Source: Weeksellaceae bacterium
Lineage (GTDB): Bacteria > Bacteroidota > Bacteroidia > Flavobacteriales > Weeksellaceae
DNA: 49,900 nt
Assembly: GCA_022701545.1 (NCBI GenBank)
Contig: JAKOOG010000235.1
Span: 1-49,900 of the forward strand
Direction of reading: 5' to 3'
The notes beneath the pieces were generated by a model. It did no database searches. It saw only the letters and a program-made list of their open reading frames with translations, and was not told the origin of the DNA. Position numbers and translations under genes: made by a program. Positions 17,871 to 27,391 of the stretch are shown here, piece after piece (position 1 is the first letter of the stretch; each line of letters begins with the position of its first letter).

Positions 17871-18737
17871 TTAATTCAACACTTCATTGATCTTCGGATA
17901 TTCCGAGATCTTCCTGAATACAAAGCGGTTGCTTTTCTGAAGCTTTTCAATGAAAAGATCCAGTTCATTAATGGAGTCGCCATCGGTTAAATATTGATCA
18001 TGCGTCAGAAAAACCAGGTGCCTTGATGTTTTTTCCAGATCGTTGAAGAAAATACTGTCTACTTTTTTCAGCATCTCTTCATGTTTTCCTTTTAGGGCCA
18101 TGTTATGGGTAGGTTTCCATTCCAGATCCCAGCCAACCACCTTGTAGCCGGCCTGTTTCAGCTGATCTGCGGCTTCTCTGGAATTTTTCAGATCGGTTAC
18201 GGTAATGTTGTTCAGCCTCCAGATATTCCTTCCCGGGGTCCTGGCAATCCGGTCGTAAAGCCGTAAGCTGTCTTTTGCGGTATCGAAATCATGAACGACG
18301 GCTGCCGGATTTTTATAAAAATCGGTATAGCGGTTGTGAGCATGCGTAAAGCTGTGGTTAGCCAGCTCTATCAGCTGGTCTTTTCTCAGGAGTTCGAGAT
18401 CGTGCTGCTGTTTCTTGCTTCCGTACACATGTTTGCCCACAAGAAAGGCCGTGGCACAAACGTTTCTTTTATGTAAAATTTTCAGGAGGTTTTCCGTTCC
18501 GCGGTTGGGGCCGTCGTCGAAGGTAAGATAAATGACTCTTTTACCGGCAGGATCTTTTTCATCATCGAGATTAGGGACAATTTTTGTGACGGGATGGTCT
18601 TCAGGAACCGGTTTCAACGATTCTTTTTTGTCTTTTTTTTCATTACAGCTGTTAAATAAAATTGAAGTTGCACTCATCAATGCAAACATCCCCAGAAAAG
18701 TCCTTTGTAAAGACTTTTCCACAAAAGTTTTTGTCAT
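17871..18737 (-). CDS. Polysaccharide deacetylase (CE4/NodB), probable lipoprotein
   Basis: YLTFDDGP, ANHSFTH, RTPG and FLTHD motifs; lipobox-like ILFNSC; start moved to MTKTF. Confidence 0.88.
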   Translation of the reverse strand: MTKTFVEKSLQRTFLGMFALMSATSILFNSCNEKKDKKESLKPVPEDHPVTKIVPNLDDEKDPAGKRVIYLTFDDGPNRGTENLLKILHKRNVCATAFLVGKHVYGSKKQQHDLELLRKDQLIELANHSFTHAHNRYTDFYKNPAAVVHDFDTAKDSLRLYDRIARTPGRNIWRLNNITVTDLKNSREAADQLKQAGYKVVGWDLEWKPTHNMALKGKHEEMLKKVDSIFFNDLEKTSRHLVFLTHDQYLTDGDSINELDLFIEKLQKSNRFVFRKISEYPKINEVLN

Positions 18738-18862
18738 AAAGTTTAATGGAATTTTGTTGTTAAAAATTGTTAATTTTTCCAAATATTTCTTAACAAAAAA
18801 TATGCCGGTTTTATCCCTGAAATTACTTTTAAGGTGATTTTAATAATTTTATTTTCAGACGG

Positions 18863-19594
18863 TTATTTTTCCAGTAATTCTTTTAAGTACAGAGAATTTT
18901 TAATGGCTGCCGTTCCCCAGGTATTATTGAAAAAGATAAATGATTGATGATTAAAATTCCGGATTTTTTCAGCCAGATTTCTGATAAATTCCTCACTGTA
19001 TTCGGATTTGTAAAGAACGGGTTTTCCATGGAGCCTGTAGTACAAAATGTCAGCATGACTGACAATGACTTCTTCCGGCAGATTTCCCGGAAAACTGACT
19101 CCGGAAAAAATGACATGATTTTCTCTGAGCAGCTTAAAAATTTCATCCCGCCACCAGGATTCGTGACGGAATTCAATGACATTAAGATAGCTGTAGTCCA
19201 GGTTGTTTAAAATTAAATCGATATTCTCTTGGGTGTTTTTAAATGACGGCGGGAACTGGTACAGAAATCCGGAAAGCTTTTCTTTTAAATGGCTTTGAAT
19301 ATGGGTGCAGAATTCTGCAATTTCTGCCTTGCATCCTTCGAGCCTCTTTTCATGGGAAACGGTTTTCGGGATTTTAATAAAAAACCTGAAATCCTCCGGC
19401 GTCTCATCTGCCCATTTCTGTAACGTCTTGGCCGTGGGTTTCCGGTAAAACGTCGAATTGATCTCCACACAGTTGAATGCCTTGGAATACAGCGTGAGAA
19501 AGTCTTTGCTCTTTGCATCTTCAGGATAAAGCGAACCTTTCCAGTCGTTATTGTAAAACCCCGAACAGCCGATATACAGATTTTCTTTTTCCAT
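18863..19594 (-). CDS. DUF72 family protein
   Basis: YIGCSGF, VEINSTFY, QFPPSF, EFRHESW, YRLHG and FFNN motifs. Confidence 0.92.
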   Translation of the reverse strand: MEKENLYIGCSGFYNNDWKGSLYPEDAKSKDFLTLYSKAFNCVEINSTFYRKPTAKTLQKWADETPEDFRFFIKIPKTVSHEKRLEGCKAEIAEFCTHIQSHLKEKLSGFLYQFPPSFKNTQENIDLILNNLDYSYLNVIEFRHESWWRDEIFKLLRENHVIFSGVSFPGNLPEEVIVSHADILYYRLHGKPVLYKSEYSEEFIRNLAEKIRNFNHQSFIFFNNTWGTAAIKNSLYLKELLEK

Positions 19595-19789
19595 AATTTA
19601 ATTTTTGATGGTTTTAGTTCATTTAAATTTAGCCATAGATCCCTGTCGAATGATAAACAAAAAGTTAATCTGACGGCATTCATAAAATCTCCGATCTTTT
19701 TTTGTGGTTTAAAATATGCGCAATTTGGAAAACCTAAATTTAATGTGGCTTATAGGCCAACACTTTATAATTTGCAGGACCAAAGCCGT

Positions 19790-22645
19790 TTATTTATCGG
19801 ATTCAATATTTAAATTCACTGAATTCAGCCTTAACGAATTTAAGATGACCGATAAAGAACTGAAGCTCATTGCCGCCGCCGCGATCATCGGTGATAAAAG
19901 AATTCCGAAAAACGGGTACAATAATCCTGCCGCAACGGGCACGCCCAGCACGTTGTATATAAAAGCGAAGAACAGGTTTTCCTTTATGTTTTTCAGCAGT
20001 TTCTCACTAAGCAGCTTGGCTTTGGCTACACCGAGGATATCTCCTTTCAGCAAAGTGATTTCTGCGCTTTCGATGGCGGCATCCGTCCCGGTTCCCATAG
20101 CAATTCCGATATGAGCCTGGGCGAGGGCAGGGGCATCGTTAATGCCGTCACCGGTCATTGCGACAACTTTTCCCTGCTGCTGTAGTTTTTTTACTTCATT
20201 TAATTTATCTTCCGGCAGGCAGTTGGCCTTGAAATGCCTGATTCCCAATGCATCGGCTACAGCTTTGGCGGTATGCTCGTTATCACCTGTCATCATGATT
20301 ACATCAACGCCTTCGGCCATCAGCTGCTGAACCGCTCTTTTTGAACTTTCTTTAATCTTATCGGTAAAGCTGATGAAACCGAGGACTTCCTGATCCTGGG
20401 CAACATAGGAAATCGTATGGGCTTCAGACTGCACTTCTACGGCTTTCTGTCTCAGGCTTTCCGGAATCTGAATCCGGTGTGAATCCAGAAGGCTCTCATT
20501 TCCAAGATAGATCTTTTTTCCGTTGCTGCTTCCTTTAAGGCCTTTTCCGGAAACATTTTCAAAGCCCTGTACTTTTTCAGCTGAAATATGCCTGTCTTTT
20601 GCTTTTTTAATGACAGCGCCAGACAAAGGATGTTCAGAATTCTGATTCAGGGAGTAAGCCAGCTTTAAGATTTGATCCTGATCTTGGTTCACGGCTTCAA
20701 TATGTTCCACCGATGGTTTTCCTTCCGTTAATGTTCCTGTTTTATCGGTAATCAGGACATTTACTTTATTCATCTGTTCAAGGGCTTCGGCATTTTTAAT
20801 TAAAATCCCGTTTTTAGCGCCTTTCCCGATTCCCACCATCAAGGACATTGGGGTAGCCAGACCCAGTGCGCAGGGACAGGCAACAATTAAAACGGCAACG
20901 GCATTGACGAAAGCGAATAAGGTTTTCTGGCCTTCCGGACCGAAAAGCTGCCATAGAATAAAGGTAAGAACAGCAATTCCGATTACCGTCGGAACAAAGA
21001 CCTTTGAAACTTTATCCGTTAATTTCTGAATCGGGGCTTTGCTGCGGCTGGCTTCATTCACCATTTTAATAATGTGCGACAAAAGGGTTTCATCACCCAC
21101 TTTTTCCGCTTTCATAACGAAGGTCTGGTTTCCGTTGAGGGTTCCGGATGTTACCTGATCGTTAACCTTTTTTTCAACAGGAACCGGCTCACCTGTAATC
21201 ATGCTTTCATCGACCAATGAGTTTCCTTCCGTTATTTTTCCGTCCACCGGAATTTTCTCACCGGGTTTTACCCGCAGGAAGTCGCCCTTTTTCACTTGCG
21301 AAAGCAGAACTTTTTTCTCCTGCCCGTCGATGATAAGGTGGGCTTCGTCAGGGGAGAGGTTCATGAGTTCACGAATGGCATTTCCGGTTTTTTTGTGAGC
21401 GGCCGCTTCCATCAGCTGTCCCAGGATCACCAGGGTCAAGATGACGCAGACTGCTTCAAAGTACAGGGGGATTTCATGGTTATGTCCCCGGATTGCATGG
21501 GGAATCATGTCCGGAAAAATCAAAGCGGTAATGCTGAAAAGGAATGCTGCCGCAACCCCAAGCACGATGAGGCTGAACATATTCAGGTTGCGGGTTTTAA
21601 ATGAAACCCAGCCTCTTTTCATCAGGAACCATCCGGAATAAAAAATAACGGGCAACGAAAGGATGAGCTCGATAAAGCCCTGCGTCTGGTGTGAAAACGG
21701 AAAATCAATCAGCATTCCGCCCATCGAAAGGATGAATACCGGAATGGTAAAAGCCAGTGAAATCATCAGCTTTTTTTTCAGGATGTTGTAGGTTTCGTCG
21801 TGGTCATCCTCTTTTTTATCCGGCATCCTGATCAGATCCATCCCGCAGATGGGGCAGTCGCCGGGTTCATCCCGGATGATTTCAGGATGCATCGGGCAGG
21901 TGTACTGGGCTGCTTTCTTTTCCGGGTACTTTACGAGATCCATTCCGCAAACCGGACAGCCGACGTTGCTGTCATACACTTTGTCTCCTTCACAGTACAT
22001 CGGGCAATAGTATTTTCCGGCCATTTCATCGGTAACTTTCGGCGTTTCCTGATAAGGTTGATGGTGATGGTGAGAATGCTGATGCATAGGTGTTCCGGAA
22101 CTGCCGGTAAGTTCTTCCGTAATTTCTTCCAAATGCATGTGGCAGACCGGGCAATCGCCTTTTTCATGATAAATTTTATCTTTTTCGCAGAACATGGGAC
22201 AATAATAGTCTCCGATATGATCTTTAAAATTCTCGGGAAGGCTGGTTTTGGAATAAGCGGGTTTAAAATTCGGGTCTTTTGCGTGTTTTTCCTCAATTGG
22301 GACCAGATACATATTGCAAACCGGACATCTCTTTCCCTGCTGGAAATAAACCTTATCGCCTTCACATTCCATCGGACAGTAATACACGGAAGACGGTGAA
22401 ATGCGGTCCTGGGGTTTTACGAATTCTTTTTGAGGATGATCAGAGTCCTGAAGCCTGTAATTCCCGGCTTCTTCAAGTCTCTTATTTAAGGTCGTGATGT
22501 CTATTTCCTGATCGGAAGTAATGGTTGCGGTATGGGTTTCCAGATTAACATCGGCTTTGATGCCTTTGATGCCGTTCAGCTTATCAGAAATCTTTTTCTG
22601 GCAGCCCGAGCAGGTCATTCCGGTAATGGTATAGTTCTTTTGCAT
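19790..22645 (-). CDS. copA: Cu(I)-translocating P1B-type ATPase with an HMA domain and four YxCPM metal-binding repeats
   Basis: GMTCSGC, TGEP, CPC, DKTGT, SEHP, GDGIND, YN and MxxSS motifs; start set at MQKNY (22645) because the longer start overlaps the promoter. Confidence 0.93.
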   Translation of the reverse strand: MQKNYTITGMTCSGCQKKISDKLNGIKGIKADVNLETHTATITSDQEIDITTLNKRLEEAGNYRLQDSDHPQKEFVKPQDRISPSSVYYCPMECEGDKVYFQQGKRCPVCNMYLVPIEEKHAKDPNFKPAYSKTSLPENFKDHIGDYYCPMFCEKDKIYHEKGDCPVCHMHLEEITEELTGSSGTPMHQHSHHHHQPYQETPKVTDEMAGKYYCPMYCEGDKVYDSNVGCPVCGMDLVKYPEKKAAQYTCPMHPEIIRDEPGDCPICGMDLIRMPDKKEDDHDETYNILKKKLMISLAFTIPVFILSMGGMLIDFPFSHQTQGFIELILSLPVIFYSGWFLMKRGWVSFKTRNLNMFSLIVLGVAAAFLFSITALIFPDMIPHAIRGHNHEIPLYFEAVCVILTLVILGQLMEAAAHKKTGNAIRELMNLSPDEAHLIIDGQEKKVLLSQVKKGDFLRVKPGEKIPVDGKITEGNSLVDESMITGEPVPVEKKVNDQVTSGTLNGNQTFVMKAEKVGDETLLSHIIKMVNEASRSKAPIQKLTDKVSKVFVPTVIGIAVLTFILWQLFGPEGQKTLFAFVNAVAVLIVACPCALGLATPMSLMVGIGKGAKNGILIKNAEALEQMNKVNVLITDKTGTLTEGKPSVEHIEAVNQDQDQILKLAYSLNQNSEHPLSGAVIKKAKDRHISAEKVQGFENVSGKGLKGSSNGKKIYLGNESLLDSHRIQIPESLRQKAVEVQSEAHTISYVAQDQEVLGFISFTDKIKESSKRAVQQLMAEGVDVIMMTGDNEHTAKAVADALGIRHFKANCLPEDKLNEVKKLQQQGKVVAMTGDGINDAPALAQAHIGIAMGTGTDAAIESAEITLLKGDILGVAKAKLLSEKLLKNIKENLFFAFIYNVLGVPVAAGLLYPFFGILLSPMIAAAAMSFSSLSVILNSLRLNSVNLNIESDK

Positions 22646-22664
22646 GATCCTTCGATTTATTTTA

Positions 22665-22723
22665 CAAATTTCCGACAAGCGGCCGGAAGCCTGTTATAAA
22701 TTTAAGGATAATATGTATAGAAT
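22665..22723 (-). promoter_or_regulatory. copA promoter with putative AraC direct repeats
   Basis: Minus strand: ATTCTATACAT (22713-23) and AATTTATAACA (22692-702) at 21-bp spacing, then a GAAATTTG -7-like element (22665-72). Confidence 0.55.
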
Positions 22724-22748
22724 TTGGTGTTTTTCTAAGTTTTAGGAC

Positions 22749-22935
22749 AATAGGGTTTGGGAGTTTGAAGGTTATAGATTGTTAGTGTGGGAGAGGGGGT
22801 AGAGATGCTAATCCGTTAACGATGATCTTTCTCATGTAAAGGATGACGTTCGGTAACTTAATTTTTGATTTAAAAAATACTTTCTCGCCTTGAAAATCTC
22901 TCAAATTCTCTAACTCTCATACCCTCCAATATTCA
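22749..22935. repeat. Inverted arrays of degenerate 8-mers
   Basis: Left arm TAGGGTTT GGGAGTTT GAAGGTTA TAGATTGT; right arm TCAAATTC TCTAACTC TCATACCC TCCAATAT. Confidence 0.55.
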
Positions 22936-23493
22936 AACCTGATCCAGCGGTTTCCGGTTGTGGATTTTCAGCTTTTTAAATTCGGTAGGGGTGAAGCCGG
23001 TAATGTTCCGGAATTGGGAGGATAAATGCTGCACGCTTTTGTAGCCTAATTTTCCGGCAATTTCCGTCAGCGTAAATTCATTATACAATAGCAGTTCTTT
23101 TACCTTTTCGATTTTCTGAAGGATAAAAAACTGTTCGAGCGTGATATTTTCATTCTGTGAAAAAGCTTTGGAGAGTGCGCTGTAGTCTTTATGAAATGCA
23201 GAAGCTAAAAATTCGGACAACAGGAAATCTTCCGCAATATCAAGTCCGCTGATTTCGGCAATGATTAAGTTTTTGATTCTTTCGGTCTGCTGGCGGGTGG
23301 AATCTTTTATTCTTTCAAAGCCTGTTTCTTCAAGCTGTCTTTCCAAAAGTTCCAGTTGTTTTTCAGAAAGTTCAGTTCCGGCTTCCGCTTCGCCCAGGAT
23401 CACGGATTTCAACGGAATGCCGGCTTCATTAAAAATGGACTGCACGGCAGAAATGCATCTGCCGCAAACCATATTTTTGATAAAAATTTTCAT
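22933..23493 (-). CDS. AraC-family regulator with N-terminal HMA-like metal-binding domain
   Basis: KNMVCGRC at the N-terminus; C-terminal LTEIAGKLGYKSVQHLSSQFRNITGFTPTEF. Confidence 0.9.
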   Translation of the reverse strand: MKIFIKNMVCGRCISAVQSIFNEAGIPLKSVILGEAEAGTELSEKQLELLERQLEETGFERIKDSTRQQTERIKNLIIAEISGLDIAEDFLLSEFLASAFHKDYSALSKAFSQNENITLEQFFILQKIEKVKELLLYNEFTLTEIAGKLGYKSVQHLSSQFRNITGFTPTEFKKLKIHNRKPLDQV

Positions 23494-23891
23494 AACGGAT
23501 TTTGGCTGCTTAACCGGTCCTTTACAAATTCCACTTTCGTTTTACCGTGAGGGGCAGGATTTCCGCTTTCGTCCAGGTTTACCATGACGATTTTGTCTAC
23601 GGTAATAATCGTCTGGTGCGTCATTTTGTTCCGCACCTCACATCTTAAGGTAATTGACGTCGATCCGAATGTTGAAACTTCAATACCGATTTCAATGATA
23701 TCACCCTGCTTGGCCGAGCTCACGAAATTAATTTCTGAAATGAATTTGGTAACCACTTTTTTATTTTCAAGCTGAATAACAGCATACAGCGCCGCTTCTT
23801 CATCGATCCACTGTAAGAGCCGGCCTCCGAAAAGCGATTGGTTGGGATTAAGGTCTTCCGGTTTTACCCATTTTCTGGTATGATAGTTCAT
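23490..23891 (-). CDS. Acyl-CoA thioesterase (hotdog fold)
   Basis: DLNPNQSLFGGRLLQWIDE; start at MNYHT; 4-bp overlap with the AraC gene. Confidence 0.9.
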   Translation of the reverse strand: MNYHTRKWVKPEDLNPNQSLFGGRLLQWIDEEAALYAVIQLENKKVVTKFISEINFVSSAKQGDIIEIGIEVSTFGSTSITLRCEVRNKMTHQTIITVDKIVMVNLDESGNPAPHGKTKVEFVKDRLSSQNPL

Positions 23892-24349
23892 AGTTGAAAT
23901 TTTATAATGCAAATTTAACTCTAAAAATCCTGTTTGTCAAAAATTAAGGATTCAGTAATATAAAAGAAGATGATTTATACACTCAATAACCGGTTTACTA
24001 AAGCGATTCAGGTAACAAGAAAACTTAATAATAATAAAATATGGTCTGGTCCGTCCGAAAAACCTGTTCAAATTCGGAGAATGGTGTAAATTTTTTGCCT
24101 TATTAATTTACAGATCCCATTATTTTTAGTAAATAGTCATCAATATTTAATGATAAATTAATACTTTTTAACAAAATAATAATTTGGTTGAAAAATTTAT
24201 CAAAAAAAGATCGAAAAAGCTTTTGCCGTTAAATTAATAATTGTATCTTGCACCTGTATTATAGCTGGAATCAATATTTGTTCATTCTTTATGTTGTTTT
24301 TCCTTTATAAACCAAATCATTTTTAACTTATTTAATTTTATTAATCAAG

Positions 24350-24772
24350 ATGAACATTTTTGTTTCAAACATCAACTACGCAACTAAAGATTATGAGTTG
24401 CAGGATTTATTTTCAGAATTTGGAGAGGTTTCTTCTGTAAAAATCATTACAGATAAAGAAACCGGACGTTCCAGAGGTTTCGGATTTGTCGAAATGGAGG
24501 ACGCAGAAGGACAACAAGCTATTGAGGCTCTTAATCAGAAGGATTTCAACGGAAAAACCCTTAATGTTTCAGAAGCCAAGCCAAGAGAAGAAAAGCCAAG
24601 AAGAACTTTCGGTAACAGTGCCGGAGGTAGCAGAACCGGAGGCGGTGGTTACGGAGGAAGTAACAACAGAAGCGGCGGAGGTGGCTACGGCGGCGGAAGC
24701 AGAAGCGGCGGTAGCGGAGGCTACGGCGGTGGAGATCGTGGCGGAAACGGCGGCGGTGGAAAACGTTGGTAA
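24350..24772 (+). CDS. RRM RNA-binding protein with Gly-rich tail
   Basis: RNP2 IFVSNI, RNP1 RGFGFVEM, and GGGGYGG repeats. Confidence 0.95.
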   Translation: MNIFVSNINYATKDYELQDLFSEFGEVSSVKIITDKETGRSRGFGFVEMEDAEGQQAIEALNQKDFNGKTLNVSEAKPREEKPRRTFGNSAGGSRTGGGGYGGSNNRSGGGGYGGGSRSGGSGGYGGGDRGGNGGGGKRW

Positions 24773-24779
24773 AAAATAT

Positions 24780-24805
24780 GGCGGCTCTTTGGAGCCGCTT
24801 TTTTT
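24780..24805 (+). terminator. Intrinsic terminator
   Basis: GCGGCTC-TTTG-GAGCCGC-TTTTTTT. Confidence 0.85.
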
Positions 24806-24848
24806 ATGGATTCCCGGATTGATATCCCGGAAGTTCATTGATAAACAA

Positions 24849-24878
24849 TAAAGCCTGCTCATGAAAGACAGGCTTTTA
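24849..24878. terminator. Second hairpin, likely terminator for the convergent gene
   Basis: AAAGCCTG...CAGGCTTTT. Confidence 0.6.
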
Positions 24879-25070
24879 TTATTTTAAAATAAATTGATTT
24901 AAATTCAGGGATATGTAATTTATTTTGGCAAGTCAGAAAAAAGTCAGAAACTGATATTTAACAGATTGAACGGACTGACAGGAATATAATTTAATATTCA
25001 AAAACGTCAGCGACAGTAATGACAGGAAAAGCTTCCTGCATCCAGCGTCCCTTTCCAAACTCCGTTAATT

Positions 25071-25544
25071 CTATTTTTCTTTCTTCTTTTTCTTCTTCTT
25101 ATCTTTTTCTTTGCTTTTCTTTTTATCCTTTTTAGGGTTTAAAATTTCGTCGGCATATTTAAATTCTTCGATTACCTTTAAAGGCTTGATTTCGATAACA
25201 GGATTAAATTCTTTCAGGTCTTCCTTCGAAATAAGTTGCTCATGAAGCAGAAAGCTCACAATCTCTTTCCCCGAATCATGGAAAAAATGATGCACCAGCT
25301 CTTTCAGCAGAAATTTACGGTATTCCTCCATTGGCAGGACCACCTTGTATCTGAAGATTCTTCCTTCTTTTTCGGTAGCGAGATATCCCTTTTCAACTAA
25401 TATTTTTAAATACGTAGAGACGGTGTTCTGATGCGGCTTCGGCTCGGGATGCTTTTCCATAACATCCTTCAGGTAAAAGGACTCCAACTTCCAGAACAGC
25501 CTCATTAAATTTTCTTCCGCAGAGGTAAGATGGTTGATTTTCAT
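25071..25544 (-). CDS. BlaI/MecI/CopY family transcriptional regulator
   Basis: LTSAEENLM...TVSTYLKILVEKGYL..KEGR winged HTH; Lys-rich tail. Confidence 0.88.
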   Translation of the reverse strand: MKINHLTSAEENLMRLFWKLESFYLKDVMEKHPEPKPHQNTVSTYLKILVEKGYLATEKEGRIFRYKVVLPMEEYRKFLLKELVHHFFHDSGKEIVSFLLHEQLISKEDLKEFNPVIEIKPLKVIEEFKYADEILNPKKDKKKSKEKDKKKKKKKEK

Positions 25545-25553
25545 AGTAAATGC

Positions 25554-26156
25554 TTAATGTTGAAACTGAATATTGCAATAAAGATAAAGAAAAGATACCA
25601 TTAAAGCAATTCCGCCTCCCATGAATACTTCCTTCGGCGTATGCCGCTTCAGAATAATCCGGGTAATTCCCACCAGAATGGCAATGGCCAGCCAGACCAT
25701 TCCCATAGTCTGATCCAGGGCGAAAAATAATGCCGCTACAAATACGTTAAAAGCCGTATGCATGGAGCTTTTAATGAAAAAATTACTGATCTGCAGGGCA
25801 AAGAGCAGGATTAAGATAAAGAGCATCACCAAATCTACATATCCGTTTCTGAAATAATTAAAAGCAATATAGAAGACCACGCAGGTTGCAATAAAGACGT
25901 AGAGGCTCTTCCGCTGTACCCGGTTGGAGACGTCCATATTCGTATACCGTCCGGTTCTGACGTTCCATACCAGCCAGGCCATTACCGGAGCAATAATGAT
26001 CAGCAGGATGGGAAGAAAATACAGCACCGAATTCTTCAGCGAGTATTTCAGAAAACTCATGTAGACGAAAAATAGGAATAAAGAAAGTAAAGGATTAAAA
26101 AAATCGGAGATGATTCTTGATGTTTTGTGTAGTAACGAAGACTGTTTTTCTTCCAT
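25554..26156 (-). CDS. PAP2-like membrane protein
   Basis: Multiple TM helices; KSSMH and RIILKRHTPKEV motifs. Confidence 0.7.
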   Translation of the reverse strand: MEEKQSSLLHKTSRIISDFFNPLLSLFLFFVYMSFLKYSLKNSVLYFLPILLIIIAPVMAWLVWNVRTGRYTNMDVSNRVQRKSLYVFIATCVVFYIAFNYFRNGYVDLVMLFILILLFALQISNFFIKSSMHTAFNVFVAALFFALDQTMGMVWLAIAILVGITRIILKRHTPKEVFMGGGIALMVSFLYLYCNIQFQH

Positions 26157-26282
26157 ATTTAAGTTTAACGATGTAAATATAATATTATAACTAAAAAAAC
26201 AATGGCTAGGTATACAATAAAAACAAAGTTTTTTTTATAATTTTGCTCAACTATTTCATCATAATTAAGCAAAGGCTAACAC

Positions 26283-27284
26283 ATGAAAGAATTTTCTAAA
26301 GAGGTATACCTGAAGTGGTATGAAGATATGACAATGTGGAGAAGGTTTGAAGACAAATGCCGTTCTCTTTATCTAAAACAAAAAATCAGAGGTTTTTTAC
26401 ATTTGTACAACGGTCAGGAAGCGATTCCTGCAGGATTTACCCATGCAATGGATTTAACCAAAGACAGTATGATCACCGCTTACAGATGCCACATCCATCC
26501 GATGGCGATGGGAGTAGATCCGAAAAGAATCATGGCCGAACTTTGTGGCAAAGCTACAGGGACGTCAGGAGGTATGGGTGGATCTATGCACATTTTCAGC
26601 AAGGAGCACCGTTTTTACGGAGGTCACGGTATTGTGGGAGGGCAGATTCCTTTAGGAGCCGGTATTGCCTTTGCAGATAAATATTACGACAGAAAAGCAG
26701 TAAATATCTGTTTCTTCGGAGATGGTGCCGCAAGACAGGGTTCATTACATGAAACGTTTAACATGGCGATGAACTGGAAGCTTCCGGTAATTTTCGTAGT
26801 GGAAAACAACCAGTATGCAATGGGAACTTCTGTAAAAAGAACAGCCAACCACGAAGATATCTATAAATTGGGATTAGGCTATGAAATGCCTTGTCTTGCT
26901 GTAGATGCGATGGATCCTGAGAAAGTGGCTGAAGCTGCTTACGAAGCAATCGAAAGAGCAAGAAGAGGAGACGGGCCTACTTTCATTGAGGCAAGAACCT
27001 ACCGTTTCAGAGGACATTCCATGTCTGATGCTGAGCCGTACCGATCCAAGGAAGAAGTGGCTATTCATAAAAATGATGACCCGATCGAGCTGATTAAACA
27101 AAGAATTCTGGCGAACAGCTGGGCAACGGAAGAGGAGCTTGAAGCAATGGATAACAAATCGAGAGACTTCGTGGAAGAATGTATCGAGTTCATGGAAAAT
27201 TCTCCATATCCTGATCCGGAGAAAATCTACGAGTATGTGTATGCTCAGGAAGATTATCCGTTCTTAGACAAATTAGAAAACTAA
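26283..27284 (+). CDS. pdhA: Pyruvate dehydrogenase E1 alpha subunit
   Basis: GFLHLYNGQEA, GDGA..N and RFRGHSMSD motifs. Confidence 0.96.
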   Translation: MKEFSKEVYLKWYEDMTMWRRFEDKCRSLYLKQKIRGFLHLYNGQEAIPAGFTHAMDLTKDSMITAYRCHIHPMAMGVDPKRIMAELCGKATGTSGGMGGSMHIFSKEHRFYGGHGIVGGQIPLGAGIAFADKYYDRKAVNICFFGDGAARQGSLHETFNMAMNWKLPVIFVVENNQYAMGTSVKRTANHEDIYKLGLGYEMPCLAVDAMDPEKVAEAAYEAIERARRGDGPTFIEARTYRFRGHSMSDAEPYRSKEEVAIHKNDDPIELIKQRILANSWATEEELEAMDNKSRDFVEECIEFMENSPYPDPEKIYEYVYAQEDYPFLDKLEN

Positions 27285-27297
27285 AAAATAATGAGTC

Positions 27298-27382
27298 AAT
27301 TTGGGAATCTGAAAATTTGAGAATGAGATCTACACATCCTTTTTTAATTTTCAAATTAACAAATTACCAAATTTTCAAATTA
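27298..27382. repeat. Inverted 8-mer array (TTGAAAAT/ATTTTCAA type)
   Basis: TTGGGAAT CTGAAAAT TTGAGAAT ... TAATTTTC AAATTAAC AAATTACC AAATTTTC. Confidence 0.6.
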
Positions 27383-27391
27383 AAATAAATT

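Noticed and set aside
19716-22497. Antisense and alternate-frame ORFs over copA, including the 199-aa one
   Set aside because: Shadows of a conserved CDS with no independent signals
22646-22678. Longer copA start given in the ORF track
   Set aside because: Overlaps the predicted -7 element; the HMA domain starts at MQKNY
22749-22935. CRISPR array
   Set aside because: Units are 8 bp and degenerate, with no repeat-spacer structure and no cas genes
24486-24862. Ala/Glu-rich and Ala/Ser/Thr-rich overlapping ORFs
   Set aside because: Frame artefacts of the GGC/GGA-rich glycine tail
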